Source: Lytechinus pictus
Lineage: Eukaryota
Assembly (NCBI RefSeq): GCF_037042905.1
Contig: NC_087250.1
Coordinates: 21,826,001 to 21,890,000, forward strand
Length of the DNA: 64,000 nucleotides
Direction of reading: 5' to 3'
In this document: in pieces, positions 49,403 through 62,200 of the stretch
How the letters are laid out: each line of letters begins with the position of its first letter
How positions within the stretch are numbered: the stretch's first letter is position 1
The notes under the pieces: model-generated
Told to the model about the DNA's origin: nothing
The model's database searches: none
What the model saw: the letters and a program-made list of their open reading frames with translations, nothing else
Program-made: the position numbers and the translations under genes

Positions 49403-50543
49403 CTTCTACTACTAATAATAATTACGTTTCATTTACCCAGGGTAGCAATTTTAGCTGGAAACTGCTCTACCAGCGGGCCCTGCATAAAAATAATATCTTA
49501 TTATTAACCTTCTCCAATCTAAATGCCGAGCGCCTAGCAAGAAGGAAGAAGGTCTCATTTTATTAGTCTTTTGTATGACTCGGCCGGGGATCGAACCCAC
49601 GACCTCCCGTTCATGAGGCGGACGCTCTGATAATAATAGTAACGATAATATTAATAATAGTTAATATATAATTGTTAATAATAATGTAATAGTTCTTGTA
49701 TAGTGCATATCATGATATTGTGATAATATAATGATAAAACTTCCCTACGCGCTTCCAAATGACTTGGATATCATTACCCTGGCTTTAGCCCCGTAGCCTT
49801 TTTCAAGGTTACAAGGAATAAATTCCTGCCACCTTACTTAGGTTTATGCAGCAAAATTTGGATAAATTTCTTGCCTAAAGAAATTACGCAGTGGCTTGTA
49901 TTCAAACCCAAGGCCTTCTGTTTCAAAGTCAGAAGATTAATCCACTAGTCAACAAGACGTTTTTGGATACTTTCCTTTCTTTAGCCCATTTTCCCAATTT
50001 TTGGGGGTCATTTTTGGTCTTTTTTTTTTTTGGGGGGGGGGGGGGCAGAGAGATCTATTTGACATAAGCAGTAAAGGGTGATAATACACATACGCCGAAA
50101 GTGGACCGTGGCCGGCGTTGGATTCTCTACTGATATGAATCACCCCCCTCTCTTTTTTCAAAGCATGACTGACGCTAGCTCGGACTGAGATGTGGTTTGA
50201 AGCCGGGCGTTACGCGCGCCGATTTCAGTCCTGCAATCGGTACATTTTTTTCATTTTTTTGTAGCAGGAAAAATACTTTAATTGGTGAATAAGGTGGCGG
50301 GTGGCATTTCATAAAAGTGTGGTATAAGTTTATCAATGTTTTTATTAAACCATGGTTCTCAGAATACTACCATTTGAGTTTGATCAGACGGTCGAAATTC
50401 TCTGATGAATCTTAAGAAAATTACTTACTAATAAGCTTATCATAGTCCACACCCTTTTCAGATGTCGTTACTACTCTCCAGGGGTCAACGATCTGTTCCG
50501 GTTCATCCTTGTTAGCATCAGGTTGCTCCTTCTTTTCGGCCAT
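42301..50543 (-). CDS. WARS1: Cytoplasmic tryptophanyl-tRNA synthetase, complete 9-exon CDS: join(50543-50429,49134-49026,48394-48275,47079-46894,46523-46423,45822-45710,44342-44169,43667-43527,42459-42301), 405 aa, no N-terminal WHEP domain
   Basis: Hand-spliced exons total 1218 nt in one continuous frame with compatible phases. Contains eukaryotic TrpRS motifs [57 protein letters not shown] and GELK..TPRKL. Confidence 0.97.
43527..43667 (-). CDS. WARS1: TrpRS coding exon 8 (INKYAYSGG...YLTFFLEDD), followed by a GC donor
   Basis: TTACAG acceptor, GAG|GCGAGT donor, 141 nt. Confidence 0.93.
44169..44342 (-). CDS. WARS1: TrpRS coding exon 7 ([12 protein letters not shown]...[12 protein letters not shown])
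   Basis: TCTAG acceptor, GTAGTT donor, 174 nt; overlaps ORF-track entry 44133..44327. Confidence 0.97.
45710..45822 (-). CDS. WARS1: TrpRS coding exon 6 ([15 protein letters not shown]...CLIPCAIDQ)
   Basis: TTTACAG acceptor, GTAAAG donor, 113 nt. Confidence 0.96.
45985..46412 (+). repeat. (CAT)n degenerate microsatellite with an internal 180-bp duplication, in a TrpRS intron
   Basis: Source of the spurious poly-His, poly-Ile and poly-Met ORFs. Confidence 0.9.
46423..46523 (-). CDS. WARS1: TrpRS coding exon 5 ([23 protein letters not shown])
   Basis: TTTAAG acceptor, GTACGT donor, 101 nt. Confidence 0.95.
46894..47079 (-). CDS. WARS1: TrpRS coding exon 4 ([22 protein letters not shown]...KTFIFSN)
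   Basis: TGCAG acceptor, GTAAGT donor, 186 nt. Confidence 0.96.
48275..48394 (-). CDS. WARS1: TrpRS coding exon 3 ([25 protein letters not shown] motif)
   Basis: TTTCAG acceptor, GTTAG donor, 120 nt. Confidence 0.96.
48458..48880 (+). repeat. (CTA)n / (AAT)n / (GAA)n compound microsatellite
   Basis: Direct inspection. Confidence 0.9.
49026..49134 (-). CDS. WARS1: TrpRS coding exon 2 (RQFGSERID...RRGIFFSHR)
   Basis: TTTTATAG acceptor, GTCAG donor, 109 nt. Confidence 0.95.
49415..49628 (-). mobile_element. 5'-truncated copy of the same tRNA-derived SINE in a TrpRS intron; its tail runs into a (TAG)n/(TTA)n microsatellite
   Basis: Reverse complement matches 56070-56270. Confidence 0.8.
50429..50543 (-). 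CDS. WARS1: TrpRS coding exon 1 ([38 protein letters not shown])
   Basis: Acceptor AG at 50552-50551, ACAATGG start context, donor GTAAGT. Confidence 0.9.
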
Positions 50544-50627
50544 TGTTTATCTATTACACATAAGAAACATTTGCCAAGTCACATTATAGGGAAGTTTGAA
50601 AATAATAATAACAGGGTGCTAATCATA

Positions 50628-50637
50628 GTAATATTAT

Positions 50638-50720
<83 letters not shown>

Positions 50721-50853
50721 TTACTACTACTACTACTACTACTTTTACTACTACTACTACTACTACTATTACTACTACTACTACTACTACTACTACTTTT
50801 ACTACTACTACTACTACTACTATTACTACTACTACTACTACTACTACTACTAT

Positions 50854-50909
<56 letters not shown>

Positions 50910-50937
50910 TTACTACTACTACTACTACTACTACTAT

Positions 50938-50981
<44 letters not shown>

Positions 50982-51030
50982 ATAATAATAATAAAAGAAG
51001 AAGAAGAAGAAGAACAGAGGAAGAAGAAGG
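50628..51030 (+). repeat. ~350-bp (TAC)n microsatellite plus (GAA)n, just 5' of TrpRS coding exon 1
   Basis: Direct inspection. Confidence 0.92.
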
Positions 51031-51918
51031 GGATTGAAGAACAAAAAGAATAAAAACAGTAAGAAGAATGAAAATTATACTGTATAATATTGCAAGTGTG
51101 GGCTTGAGGTAAGTGCCCTTTTTGATTCCTGGTGATGAACGATCAGTCATACTGGATATAAGACACAGTGTCCCACAATGTGTTCACAGTGTGGAACACA
51201 TCGTGAAATCACCTTTACTCTGTTATATTTGAGTGATAATCACATCTTCACTACATAGTCGACTATGTGAACACACTGTGAACAGTCACACTGTCGAGGT
51301 GTTCAGTGTGAAAATATCTTCACACTATTGACTCTGAGCATTTGAACAGTGTGAATACTAATTATTTTCACATTAATGCACTATGTTAACACACTGTCAT
51401 TACAATGTGTGACACTGCTTCAGAAAGTTTTTTTCTACAAACTAACAGTCTCAGTCCCTCTTTGATCATTCTCGTATTACATACACAGTGTCATTCGGAG
51501 AACAACGAAATTCGTGCATCGGAAATAATAATAATAATAATAATAGTAATAATAATAATAATAATAATGATAATAATAATAATAACAATAATAATAATAA
51601 TACGAAAGAGGTTTAGCATTTATAGTAAAGGAAACATTGATACGTATATAAAATGCGGAAAGAACACTTCCAGCAGAAATAAAAAATTATTACACCTAGC
51701 TGTATCGCTTCATATATCTTTCTCACATGCAAATACTCTATCGCTCCTAGTATCCAAATCAAAATGTTTGGTCAGTGATGTACGAATAAAAATCTGGCAG
51801 TTGGTTTGATATTTTTAGGCTCTCACTGATTAATCGTTTGAATTTTCGACACATATCAAGCCCAAAACACCCCCCTATATACCCCACCCCTAAAAGCATA
51901 GTAATATATTCCGCATGT

Positions 51919-52302
51919 CCCTGCTGAAAGAACACAGTGTGATCAAAGTGTGGAATATGTGAAAATATAATTCACACTGTTAAAATTCTCAATTCAACAG
52001 TATTAATAAAATGTTCACACTGTGGACACTTTGACAGTGTGACTGTTCACAGCGTGGTCACCTGGTCGACTCTATGATTTTCTTGTTTATCGAAATGCTC
52101 AAATTCAACTGAGTGACGATATTTTCACACTGTGGACACCAATCCTCCACAGTGTGACTGTTCAAAGCGTGTTCACATGGTCGACTATATGAATATGGGA
52201 TCCACACTGTTAAAATGCTCAAATTTATCAGTGTGACGGTGATTGCATATTGTGTTTCACAGTGTGAGCACACTGTGGAAAACTGTGTCCTTTTCAGTAG
52301 GG
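51919..52302. mobile_element. MITE rich in CACAGTGTG motifs; related copies at ~51155-51420 (inverted) and 61003-61300
   Basis: CCCTGCTGAAA...TTTCAGTAGGG ends and shared internal sequence. Confidence 0.65.
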
Positions 52303-52340
52303 ATTAACAAACGCAACGTGTTCGAAATGATATTTCTTAC

Positions 52341-52462
52341 CTTTTTATTCAGCAAGCAGTGCCTATACAATCCACAAACTTGAGAGCGCGGAGATAACGA
52401 CGATTAAGTTGATGCCTGCAAGTAAACTGTGTCTCAGTTGCCCGTCGCCGCCGCATTTATAG
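52341..52462 (-). promoter_or_regulatory. Probable core promoter and non-coding first exon of the TrpRS gene
   Basis: On the minus strand: CTATAAAT at ~52462-52455, an Inr-like CAGTT about 33 nt downstream (~52428), local CpG richness, and a strong AAG|GTAAGA donor at 52340 that would join the acceptor at 50551. Confidence 0.55.
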
Positions 52463-53154
52463 AACATGTAGAAGGCGAAGTTTGCTTGCGAAGTTATTTC
52501 GGAGGCACGCGTACGGGAAAAAAGATGATGCAATGATTGTTCATAATCATGCCCTTCTTTAATTTAAAAAGAAAACAAAAATTGGAGAAGGCCTAATATT
52601 TCGGAGTCTCAGAAAAGTTCCGAGTTTAACAAATAAAAATAATTATGTAAGCTTTGAAGGTTTGCATGGTTGCAAGACTGGTTGGAGAGGTTTGCGGTTA
52701 CAACATCACATACGTTAGTCCTGAAAAGGACTGTTGGTATATCTTTCTGGCGAAGAGCAAAGCTTATGAGCTCGTAATGTCAAGAATAACAGTTCTTTTA
52801 AGAGTTATTAGCATAAAGATAAACCAACAGACCTCTGTTTTGAGGACTAACCAACATGGTGTTACCGCAAACCTCTCAAACTAGAAAAAAATACGTTAAA
52901 ATACTGTAACAAACTGGGCCTAAATGTATGCCAAAGAATGTTCGAATTATTTAGTCTCATTGAGGATAGATAAAAAAAAAAACAGAGGCGACACCAGAAA
53001 ATGTCGATAAGGTGTGGGAGCGGTGACGTCATAATTGATCTCAATTGACTTACTTTTAGGTGTATTGTAGATTTAAGTTTTATTTTTCGAAAGGGAAATC
53101 CGAATTAGAAATCCTCCGAATATTCATTTTACCCCAATAGTGAATCGTGAGTCC

Positions 53155-53332
53155 GGTAGCCACTGTGTAGCGCAAGACCGAAGTTGCTCTATCTCTTTGC
53201 ACAGTTGAACGCCAAACAGGGTAGCAGCAACTCTTATCTTTTAACGTCTTTTGGTCTGACGCGGCCGGGATTTGAACCCCCGACCTCCTGGTTGTGAGAG
53301 GGACGCTCTACCAACTGTGACAACACACCGGT
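53155..53332 (-). mobile_element. tRNA-derived SINE of a second family
   Basis: Minus strand CAGTTGGTAGAGCGTCCC...GGGTTCAAATCCCGGCCGCGTCAGACCAAAAGACGTTAAAAG. Confidence 0.65.
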
Positions 53333-53728
53333 AAGAAAGTGGGTGCTTGGGTATCCTTTTAAACTTTCTTACTTAATCACAAGTATCACTTACCGTTCTC
53401 TGCATGGGCAAGTGTTTATCCGGACGAAAGTATCAAACAATGTTTACTTTCCAAACGCAGACAATCACAAAGTTGTATGAGCACAATTGGGAGAAAAGCA
53501 TTACCTTGAAATGTTTTCCACCAATGTTTTGAACAGAAATCGTCATTTTCCACTAACAGTTTTGCTTTGATTTGATTTCTATTGTTTCTTTTGTATCATT
53601 ATCATACTGGATTGATTTGGATGTTTACTTGTCATTTCCATCCATGCCTATTGTAAAACCTTTGAAAGTGTCGTATCATTATCCACAGCAGATATCTATA
53701 AAAACATGTCGATCTGAAGTTATCTTTT

Positions 53729-54256
53729 ACCCTTTTTACACAGGATTTTCTTAACCCCGGACTATCGCTAACCCCGTACTATCTTTTTTCCTTTTCACAC
53801 ATGCCAAATCGTTATTGCTAACCCCGGATAAGGAATGCTTGCTTTTCACACACGAATCTCGCTAACCCCGGACTAGTGGTAGCTCATGAATATTCACGAG
53901 CACACTGAGGGTTCATTCCTTTTTACACACGCTAAAATTTCCTTAACCCCGTACTATAGGTGGGGCTAAATTGCCATTTAGCCCCACCTATAGTAATAAG
54001 CTTAGCCCACTTTCGTTTTACACTAGCGATCTTAACCCCGTACTATCGCTCTTAGCACCGCAATTGCTGGGATAACCCTGCTTTTTTGCAGGGCCAAATA
54101 ATCCCGTACTAAAGGTGGGGTTAGCCCACTTTGCAAAAATGCTGTGTAAAAAGAAAGTGGGCTAAGCTTAACCCCGTACTATAGGTGGGGCTAAATGGCA
54201 ATTTAGCCCCACCTATAGTACGGGGTTAAGGAAATTTCAGCGTGTGTAAAAAGGGT
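53729..54256. mobile_element. Harbinger-like MITE with AACCCCG(T/G)ACTAT repeats and an internal hairpin
   Basis: ACCCTTTTTACAC / GTGTAAAAAGGGT TIRs. Confidence 0.7.
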
Positions 54257-56047
54257 ATAAGCTTTCACTTTGTAAGGGCTATGATAATTTTCTATGTTTA
54301 TCGTCATTAACTAGTATTCCCTAAGTGCATGGATTGTATAACATTCGTAAAAGGATATGACATGTCTTTGTTAAACAATATACATTTAATCGCAGCTGAA
54401 ACAGGAAGCGTAGTTTATTTTATTTTCTAGGTAATGTATACACGTTGGAGAAATATTGAGTAAAATTTTGATTAACCAGCACGAGGGTAATTATGTTTTC
54501 AACCAATTTGGGGCAGTATTTTACCCAAATGTGGGAAGCATATTGTCCAGTAAGGTTTAAAAATGAGCAGCAATTATTTGGGCAAAATCACACTGGATAA
54601 ATAAAAATGCGCGAAATAAATACCCGATGTTGGTTGAACACACAATTACCCCTTTGGAGCATTTTCACCAAATATTTTTTAGAGTGTCAAATTTCAACCT
54701 TAAAGGATTTAAATATATTTGTGAAATGAAATTATGAAAAAATACGTCTTGAAATCTTTTAAAGAAATGAACACGCAACAACATGTCCGCTCACCTTTTC
54801 AAACATGTTTGTCATCATGAATATTAAAAAAGCAAACTGATGTTCTATCCCCACCTGTTCTTTAGTATATGAAATTATCTCTATTCCATTTCCAGGACCT
54901 AAAACTATCAGATGAAAACTAATTTAATACATTATATATTCATTGCTGCAAATTATTTCATTACAAGAAAGACATACCATTCCTACATTTGTGAAAAAAT
55001 AAAGTAATTATGATTTTTTTTAAGGCAAAGGAAAAAGGAAAGTGGGAATGTGACATCACCAGCACAATACGTGCATACTACTGTTGTCAGAAAATATTGC
55101 TAAACTTTGAAATTCAATAATTCCGTAATTTGCTATCGGACTTTGAATAATTGTTTAGTGTTTTGCTCGGTGAATTTTATTCTATGTATAATTATTTTCC
55201 GCATTTTTATACGCCTTTAACACTATCATAGAATGGAAATACGGTCACATAATTATTATTATATCAATTAAAAAAAAAGCCTCAAACTTTATATATAAAT
55301 GTAATATACACAACGAATCCTACAATAACTAATATTTTTATAAACTATACATAATCATATCTAGAGCAATGAAAGAGTCAGAAATGAACTAAATTTCATT
55401 CACCACTCAAACGGGATTATGGAAATGAAATATGCGATTTGGCATTTTTTCAGTGGTATAATCTCAAGAAACTCACATTATATCGTCTCGAGTGGGCAAC
55501 ATTAACTCATGCAAACAAATTATATATACTAATTACACTAATTATCCACAACAGATAAAACTTGTTTATTTTGCACCTTTAAGTGATAAAAGACCCTTCA
55601 AATTACCCTCATCAAATGTCTTCATCAGTTTTGGAAGAAAAAAAATTATTCGAGTATTTTTCGCGATTGCAAATATCTGGGACTACTGCACAGAAAAAAC
55701 AGAGAGAGAGAGAGGGGCGGGGAGAATTGGATTTAATTGGTTATATCATGGACCTACTACTCTGTCAGAGTAGTAGATCCATGGTTATATATACCAGCTT
55801 GACATTATGCCAGCAAAAAAGCTGCCATGCCCAGTTCCTATGTGAGTTACCGTAACATAAGTGCAACTACACTACAAAAAATATGAAAGGTTTGAAAGTG
55901 GGAAATCGCCATTCAAAGTGGACGAGGAGTGACGACGTTATACATAAGGGTGGAAAATGGTTTCACTCCTCTCCCTTCTGGCCTTATGTGCTTTAGAGTG
56001 TACCAAGTACAAGTCGCGAACAATCAAGTTCGTTATCTTGATAACAT

Positions 56048-56307
56048 GGTCATGGTGGCTCAGTGGTAGAGCGTCCGCCTCGTGAACGGGGAGGACGTGG
56101 GTTCGATCCTCGGCCGAGTCATACCGAAGACTAATAAAAATGGGACCTTCTGCCTTCTTGCAAGGCGCTCAGCGTTTAGATTGGAGAAGGTTAATACTAA
56201 CATATTATGTTATGCAGGGCCCGCTGGTAGAGCAGTTTCCTAACTGATGTGGCTACCCTTGGTAAATAAAACATTATTATTATTATTATTATCATTATTA
56301 TTATTAT
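56048..56307 (+). mobile_element. tRNA-derived SINE with an (ATT)n tail
   Basis: A box TGGCTCAGTGG, B box GGTTCGATCC, non-tRNA body, AATAAA followed by (ATT)n; a related inverted copy lies at 49415-49628. Confidence 0.85.
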
Positions 56308-56835
56308 TTTAAAGATGAAGGTACTAAGCATAACAAAAGTATGTTTGAAGCACAGAGTCCATCAAATATCATCAATTAACATCACAGGTAAGTAATTCGT
56401 TTTAACTAAAACATGGGTCGAAATAAGCAATCATAATTAAAAAAAACCTAATTAAAGAACAAAACCAAAATAATCCCCCTGTAACAGGCTAAGATATAGA
56501 CATTATTTGCATCTTGAATATAAAAAAACATCATCATTGCCCTCAATTCTGAAAATTACTTGGCAAAATATCATTTACAGTACTTTGAGAGAAATAAATC
56601 CTTCATATTCATCATGAATGTTAGGTCCTATATGTCTTACAGATTTATTGGCTAAGGTACTCCTCCAAGTGAACCAATAAAAATCAAATAAATGTCTAGT
56701 TGGTTAGCTATTGTCACAAAACTTTACAGGTTATAAGCAATTCATAAAAAAGTGCAATTTTCAATGTTTTGAGTGTACATAATAGAGAGTTGCATTCGAT
56801 TTCAATTGTGACACCCTTTTGTAAATGAGCCCCTT

Positions 56836-57080
56836 CACTGCAAAAACTCCGGTGTTGATTTAACACCATCAGCCCGGAATCTATATATGTCCACACCAGA
56901 GAATTGTTAAATAACACCCGTTTCGTTTTGGTCTAACACCAGAAAGGTGTTAATACAACACCAATTAGTATTAAAACAGCATCGGTTTGATTCCAAACTG
57001 GTGTTGTTTTGATACTTCTCTGGTGTGGACATATATAGATTCCGGGCTGGTGTTAAATCAACACCGGAATTTTTGCAGTG
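56836..57080. mobile_element. CACTG-ended palindromic MITE; sister copy at 58314-58568
   Basis: TT|CACTGCAAAAACTCCGGTGTTGATTTAACACC...GGTGTTAAATCAACACCGGAATTTTTGCAGTG|TT. Confidence 0.8.
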
Positions 57081-58988
57081 TTGTTTCCCACAGTGATGAA
57101 ATACATTTTTAAAGGGCATGCCAATAAAATAACTTTATTTCTGAGATTTTAGGATATTGCACTGCCGTTATCGACATTATTTACTCCATACTCATTAGAT
57201 GCAATTAATATGATATGACTCAAAATAAAAAAGACATAAAGTCACCCACTGCATCGCTTATCGCAACATCGTGATTAATAAATGCGTAAATTAATTCCCT
57301 TGTCATGTAGTGTGATTTTTTTTCAACGACTTGAGATTACGAATAGCTTTACAAATACGATTTTTATCTATTTTCTCATTTAATTGTTTATTTTTCATAA
57401 AATTAATGTCTATGAATCACGTGTTTGGAAACGCCCCCTCGTTAATTTTTATCATAACTTCAACAGTTTTGCGATCGTTTTCTTCCTTTAAACATGTTAA
57501 AACATCTTAGAGGAAATGGCACAACGTGATGAGAACCAATAAATTTGCTAAAGTTTGCTTGACCTTTCGAGGGGGAAAAGTCATATAGCATGCAGTATAT
57601 CCACTGTTTCACATGCAAAGTCCCACAACTGAGCTGTCCATCGGCCATTTGGTCTAATTACAACTTCGTTTAATTTTATGTTAACTTTTCTTTACTAGTT
57701 TTACGTAAAACTTTTTTGGTACATTACATAATGTTTGATATACTAGTACCTCAAGATTTAAATTACATTACCAAGTAGTTTGTTCCCGTGTTTTATTCTT
57801 TTGGTCACATCCCATCATGGTCAAGGTCTTTACGTGTTTGTAGACAGCCGGGGGCGTTTCATAAAATTCATACATTTTATAGATTCCATAATTTTCATCT
57901 TTGTTATTCATATCCCGATTTATTACTTTGCTAATATGTTTGAAATGAAAAAGAATCAATTCAATTCAACACAGCTGTTCGTAAGTAGAATGACTTTAAG
58001 AACGACTGGTGATCCTTTCTTATGGTACATGACATTCACCATTAAATGTTAATTTGTGATTATTTAGGGCGTAAGTTTTACCAGTCATTCTTAAATGCGC
58101 TTTTAACTTACGACCAGCTTTATGAAACACCCACCGGTTTTAACAACCAAACCATATTAACTACAACATACTGACCAAAAATACCACGATGTTTAAAATT
58201 CCGTCCACCTGTTCAATTGCTTCTGTGACATCTTAATTTGTGTTTATTTCTCTATTATACGTGTGATTTATTTGTAAATTCTGCTGAAACTCTGCAATCA
58301 CATGTTTTGATTGCACTGCAAACACTCCGGTGTTGATTTAACACCAGCCCGGAATCTATATAGGCCTACATGTATTTCCACACCAGAGAAGTACTGAAAC
58401 AACACCAGTTTGGAATCAAACCGATGCTGTTCTAAAACTAATTGGTGTTGTATAAACACCTATCTGGTGTTGGACAAATACCAAACCCGGTGTTGTTTAA
58501 CACTTATCTCGTGTGAACATATATAGATTCCTGGCTGGTGTTAAATCAACACCGGAGTTTTTGCAGTGTACGTGTGATTTTATAAATTCTGCTGAAACTC
58601 TGCGATCACGTTTTGATTGATTTTAACATGGCCCTGGGAAGCGGGACTGCTGGTGGTGTTTCAGCACCCCCCCCCCCAAAAAAAAAAAATCATTGGGGTG
58701 CTGCGTGTATTATTCTCCATAGGCAGCACCCTCAGGTATTCTGGAAGAGGTGTAAAAATTGAAAAAATGTAACCAAAATGACCTTCATTTTGCATTGTAA
58801 AATTTTTTTCCTTTTCGATTTTCTCGGGGCCAATTTGACTTTCATTTTGTAGTGTAATGAAAACCTTTTATTTTGAATAATTATTTGTTTTTGCTTTTCA
58901 AATTTACATCAGCACCCCCATTAAAACATCGTTTCCATGCAGGGCCCTGGATTTTAATAATGGAAAGAAGCAAAACATCAGACGCCTT

Positions 58989-59294
58989 CACTGTTAGAAA
59001 ATTTCTACTTAAAAAAAAACAGAAATTCCTGCAGCAGAGTCTCGAGAACACCTGTAATCTTACATGCATTTGTGTAAAATTACAGGAAACAGATATTTGG
59101 TGTATGTAACCTTACAAATTCATCGTAAAAAAATTGTTTCTCCCTCTTTAAAACAGAACTGTTCTGTAAATTCTATAAAAATTGTATAAAATCTTTCCTG
59201 CTTTAACAATTAAAAGAATGATTCGGTTACTTCTTTCTGTAAAATCTGTTTTTTTATTTTTCTTCTGTAAAATCTTCTGTTTTTTCTAACAGTG
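58989..59294. mobile_element. CACTG-ended MITE; related copy at ~31126-31403
   Basis: CACTGTTAGAAAA...TTTTCTAACAGTG; shared CCTGCAGCAGAGTCTCGAGAACACCTGTAA core. Confidence 0.7.
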
Positions 59295-62200
59295 TTGGTT
59301 ATCATATCACCTTTCAAAACAGAATGATAAATATATATTTTCTATTATGTTTTATTTTACATTCAATTTGTTAGTGAAACATTTTTCAATTAGCTATTAT
59401 ATGTTTCGATTAAATGAAAGGGCAAAAGGAAAAACTATAAATCGTGATATTTCTCACACATTTGATATTGACCTGACAAACATAAATGAACTATTATACT
59501 TGTAATAGATCATCACGGGTGGAAATGGCATGTTAAAGAACCTTACTAGAATATGGATATTAAAAGTAAAGTACAAATAACATAAAAATTGGAATAAAGT
59601 TCATTCGCCCAACGTATGACTATCAAACTAGTTTTCAAAAGGAGTTTCATTGAGCAATACTGTAAATAAAAAGGAGGCAGAGTGTTTATGTTTTTTCAAT
59701 GACTGAATAAATCGAACGTTTAATATTTATTAACAAAAGTAAACATAGATATGATATTGGGACTCTGTCTGTGTGTCTCAGTTTCTATCTCTTTCCTTTT
59801 TTTTTCCTTTTTCTCCAATTTCCCCACCCCCTTCTCTCTAAACATCGTAGATTGAGTCAATCTAATATATTTTGGTCTGGTACCATTCCGAAATTGGATC
59901 AAAAGTTTCAATTGAATAAGAATATAAGAAGAGAGAATAAAAATATTATAATACTAAACAACTTTGTATTGGTCCCTAATTGCAATCTATTTCAATCACA
60001 TTTTCCCTACGGCCGCCGCTGGCGAGTCGAAAACAAGCGTTTTAAGGGAAATTCCACGAAAAATGTTACCCGAGCTCAAAATCGTGAAATCTGTAATAAT
60101 TCATATATATAAATAAATAAATATATTTATATATATATATATGTTTATGTATATATATAGGCAACAGTCATAAATTGAGTATCATACAACAGGACTCCTC
60201 AAATTCTTTAATTTAAGTGGTATTTGAACACATTTAAAGTACAATAAGACATAATTTTCTTCAAATAAAAGCACAATCTTTGGGTCTTATTATTTCAAAA
60301 TCAACATCACTCCAGAATATAACTTATATTAGCTTGACATTAGTTATCAAATGATTGTAAGTATAAACATAAGGACCTAAAACCTAAAAAGTGGTCCGAA
60401 GTGTGATGTCCGTAACGCAACATTTATGGTCCTGTATGGGATGTATCTAATTATTGTCCGACAACTTAGACCGCTCCCCAGCACCCATTTCAGAAGAAAA
60501 TTGGATTCACTTCATGCTTTATAAGCTTCACAAACTTTTGACAAATGCGTTGGTAAGTGAATAGTCGTGCCCAAGAAATGTTTGTTTGTAATGGCAAGCA
60601 TTATGTGTTATAACTACCAAACGATTAACAGAAACGATATAATTTAAATTTAAACTGTTAAGTGCGACCTGCGTGAAACCAGGCTCAGAATGATCATGGT
60701 GGTTTCTAGTAATAAGCCCCCAAAGTTGCAAAGAATGTCTGCATGTAATTTCCGTCATGCTGGAGCTGCCCTTTACATTGCTGTATCAGCTTTATGGATG
60801 GTTTGAATAAAATTAGATAAAACGGCCGTTGAGGAAATGTGACTGAGGTATTAAAAAGTTCCTTGTTAAATTATCTGAAACTTATATAACATGAAAAGGA
60901 GAAGGATAAATAGAAAAAAAAGAAAAGAAAAAATTAACAAGGAAGGGGTGGGAAATTGGAAACATCAATCAAATAAAAGGAAAGAAATCAAAAATAAACG
61001 AACCCTACTGGAAAGAAAACAATATCACACAGTGTGATCATAGAGTGTTCACATCGTTCACTATGTTCACTACGTGAAAATAATATTCACACTGTTAAAA
61101 TGCTTAAAGTCAACAGTGTGAAGATATTTTCGCACTGTGGACACCTCGACGGTGTGACTGTTCAAAGCGCGTTTACATGCATGGTCGACAAAATATATGA
61201 ATATGAGATTCACACCGTTGAAATGTTCTTATTTAACACTGCGAAGGTGATTTCACATTGTGTTCCACACCATGTGAGACACTTTTTCTTTCCAGTAGCG
61301 ATTAAGTGAGTCAGAATGGGGTATTTGTTTTTTATTCTCTCTCTATTTTTTTTTCACGAGAAGCAGACGAGAAATCCCCAACCCCAATCTAAATACAAAG
61401 GGGTGGGGTTCGAGGTGAATTGCATTAAACATTTTTTTGTTTACCAGTATTTTTTGACAGCCTCGTGGGAAGACACAATACTTTTTTTTACCAATGTATG
61501 CTAAGTGAGAATATGAAGATTAATTACAATTTAGAGATGTGGAATGAATTAAGTTAATCCATAAAGTCTCTTGTCCTGCTATGATCATGGCCCTCATCCC
61601 TGCCTGGTTTCTGCCACTCCTGCATATGACAATAGATGTGAGACCTGAGTGATGAAAGCAGTATTGGTGACATATCATAGTCTTGGGGAACCCCAGTCAC
61701 GTTTCATAAGGACCCGTTTCAATAACAAATATACAACTTCTATAACAAATCACTTCAGTGTTCAGTTACGTTCAAGTGTTTTTATTTCTCATGTGTCAAA
61801 TGAACAATTAAAGAATACAATATCAAAACATAACTAAAAATGAAGTGAATTGGCAATAAATCTTAGATAGTAAATAAAAAGGCTTTAATAGGGGGAATTG
61901 TAATTTGTAAACAACTTTTGGGCATTACTTCTATCATGTCTATGTGTTTAAGATCGCAAGCTCGATCTGCTGTGAAAAAAAGAAAAAAAAAAGAAATGGA
62001 ACCAGTGGGATTCGAACCTGCCATCTATTTCTTGCCGGACTATTCTGGTTCGCGGCTAAGTCACGATGAACTAGAATACAAAATGATGCCCTCGATCCTC
62101 TTCTTTCTGACTCATTAAATCGACCCTCTTCTTTCTGACTCATTAATATGCTATTGCCCTCCGCCGTGGACAATAGATAGTAAATAAAGAGGCTTTAATA

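Noticed and set aside
48462..51150. Poly-Thr, poly-Leu and poly-Val ORFs
   Set aside because: (CTA)n / (TAC)n microsatellites
52363..52467. 34-aa uORF with a Trp codon upstream of TrpRS (tempting as a Trp sensor)
   Set aside because: Its ATG lies upstream of the apparent TATA box and predicted start site, so it is probably not in the mRNA; CAGE data would settle this
56048..56120. tRNA gene
   Set aside because: A and B boxes run into a SINE body and (ATT)n tail, and a second dispersed copy exists; treated as a SINE
56311..56395. Strong plus-strand donor CAG|GTAAGT at ~56388 suggesting a divergent gene
   Set aside because: No downstream coding exon recognisable in the window
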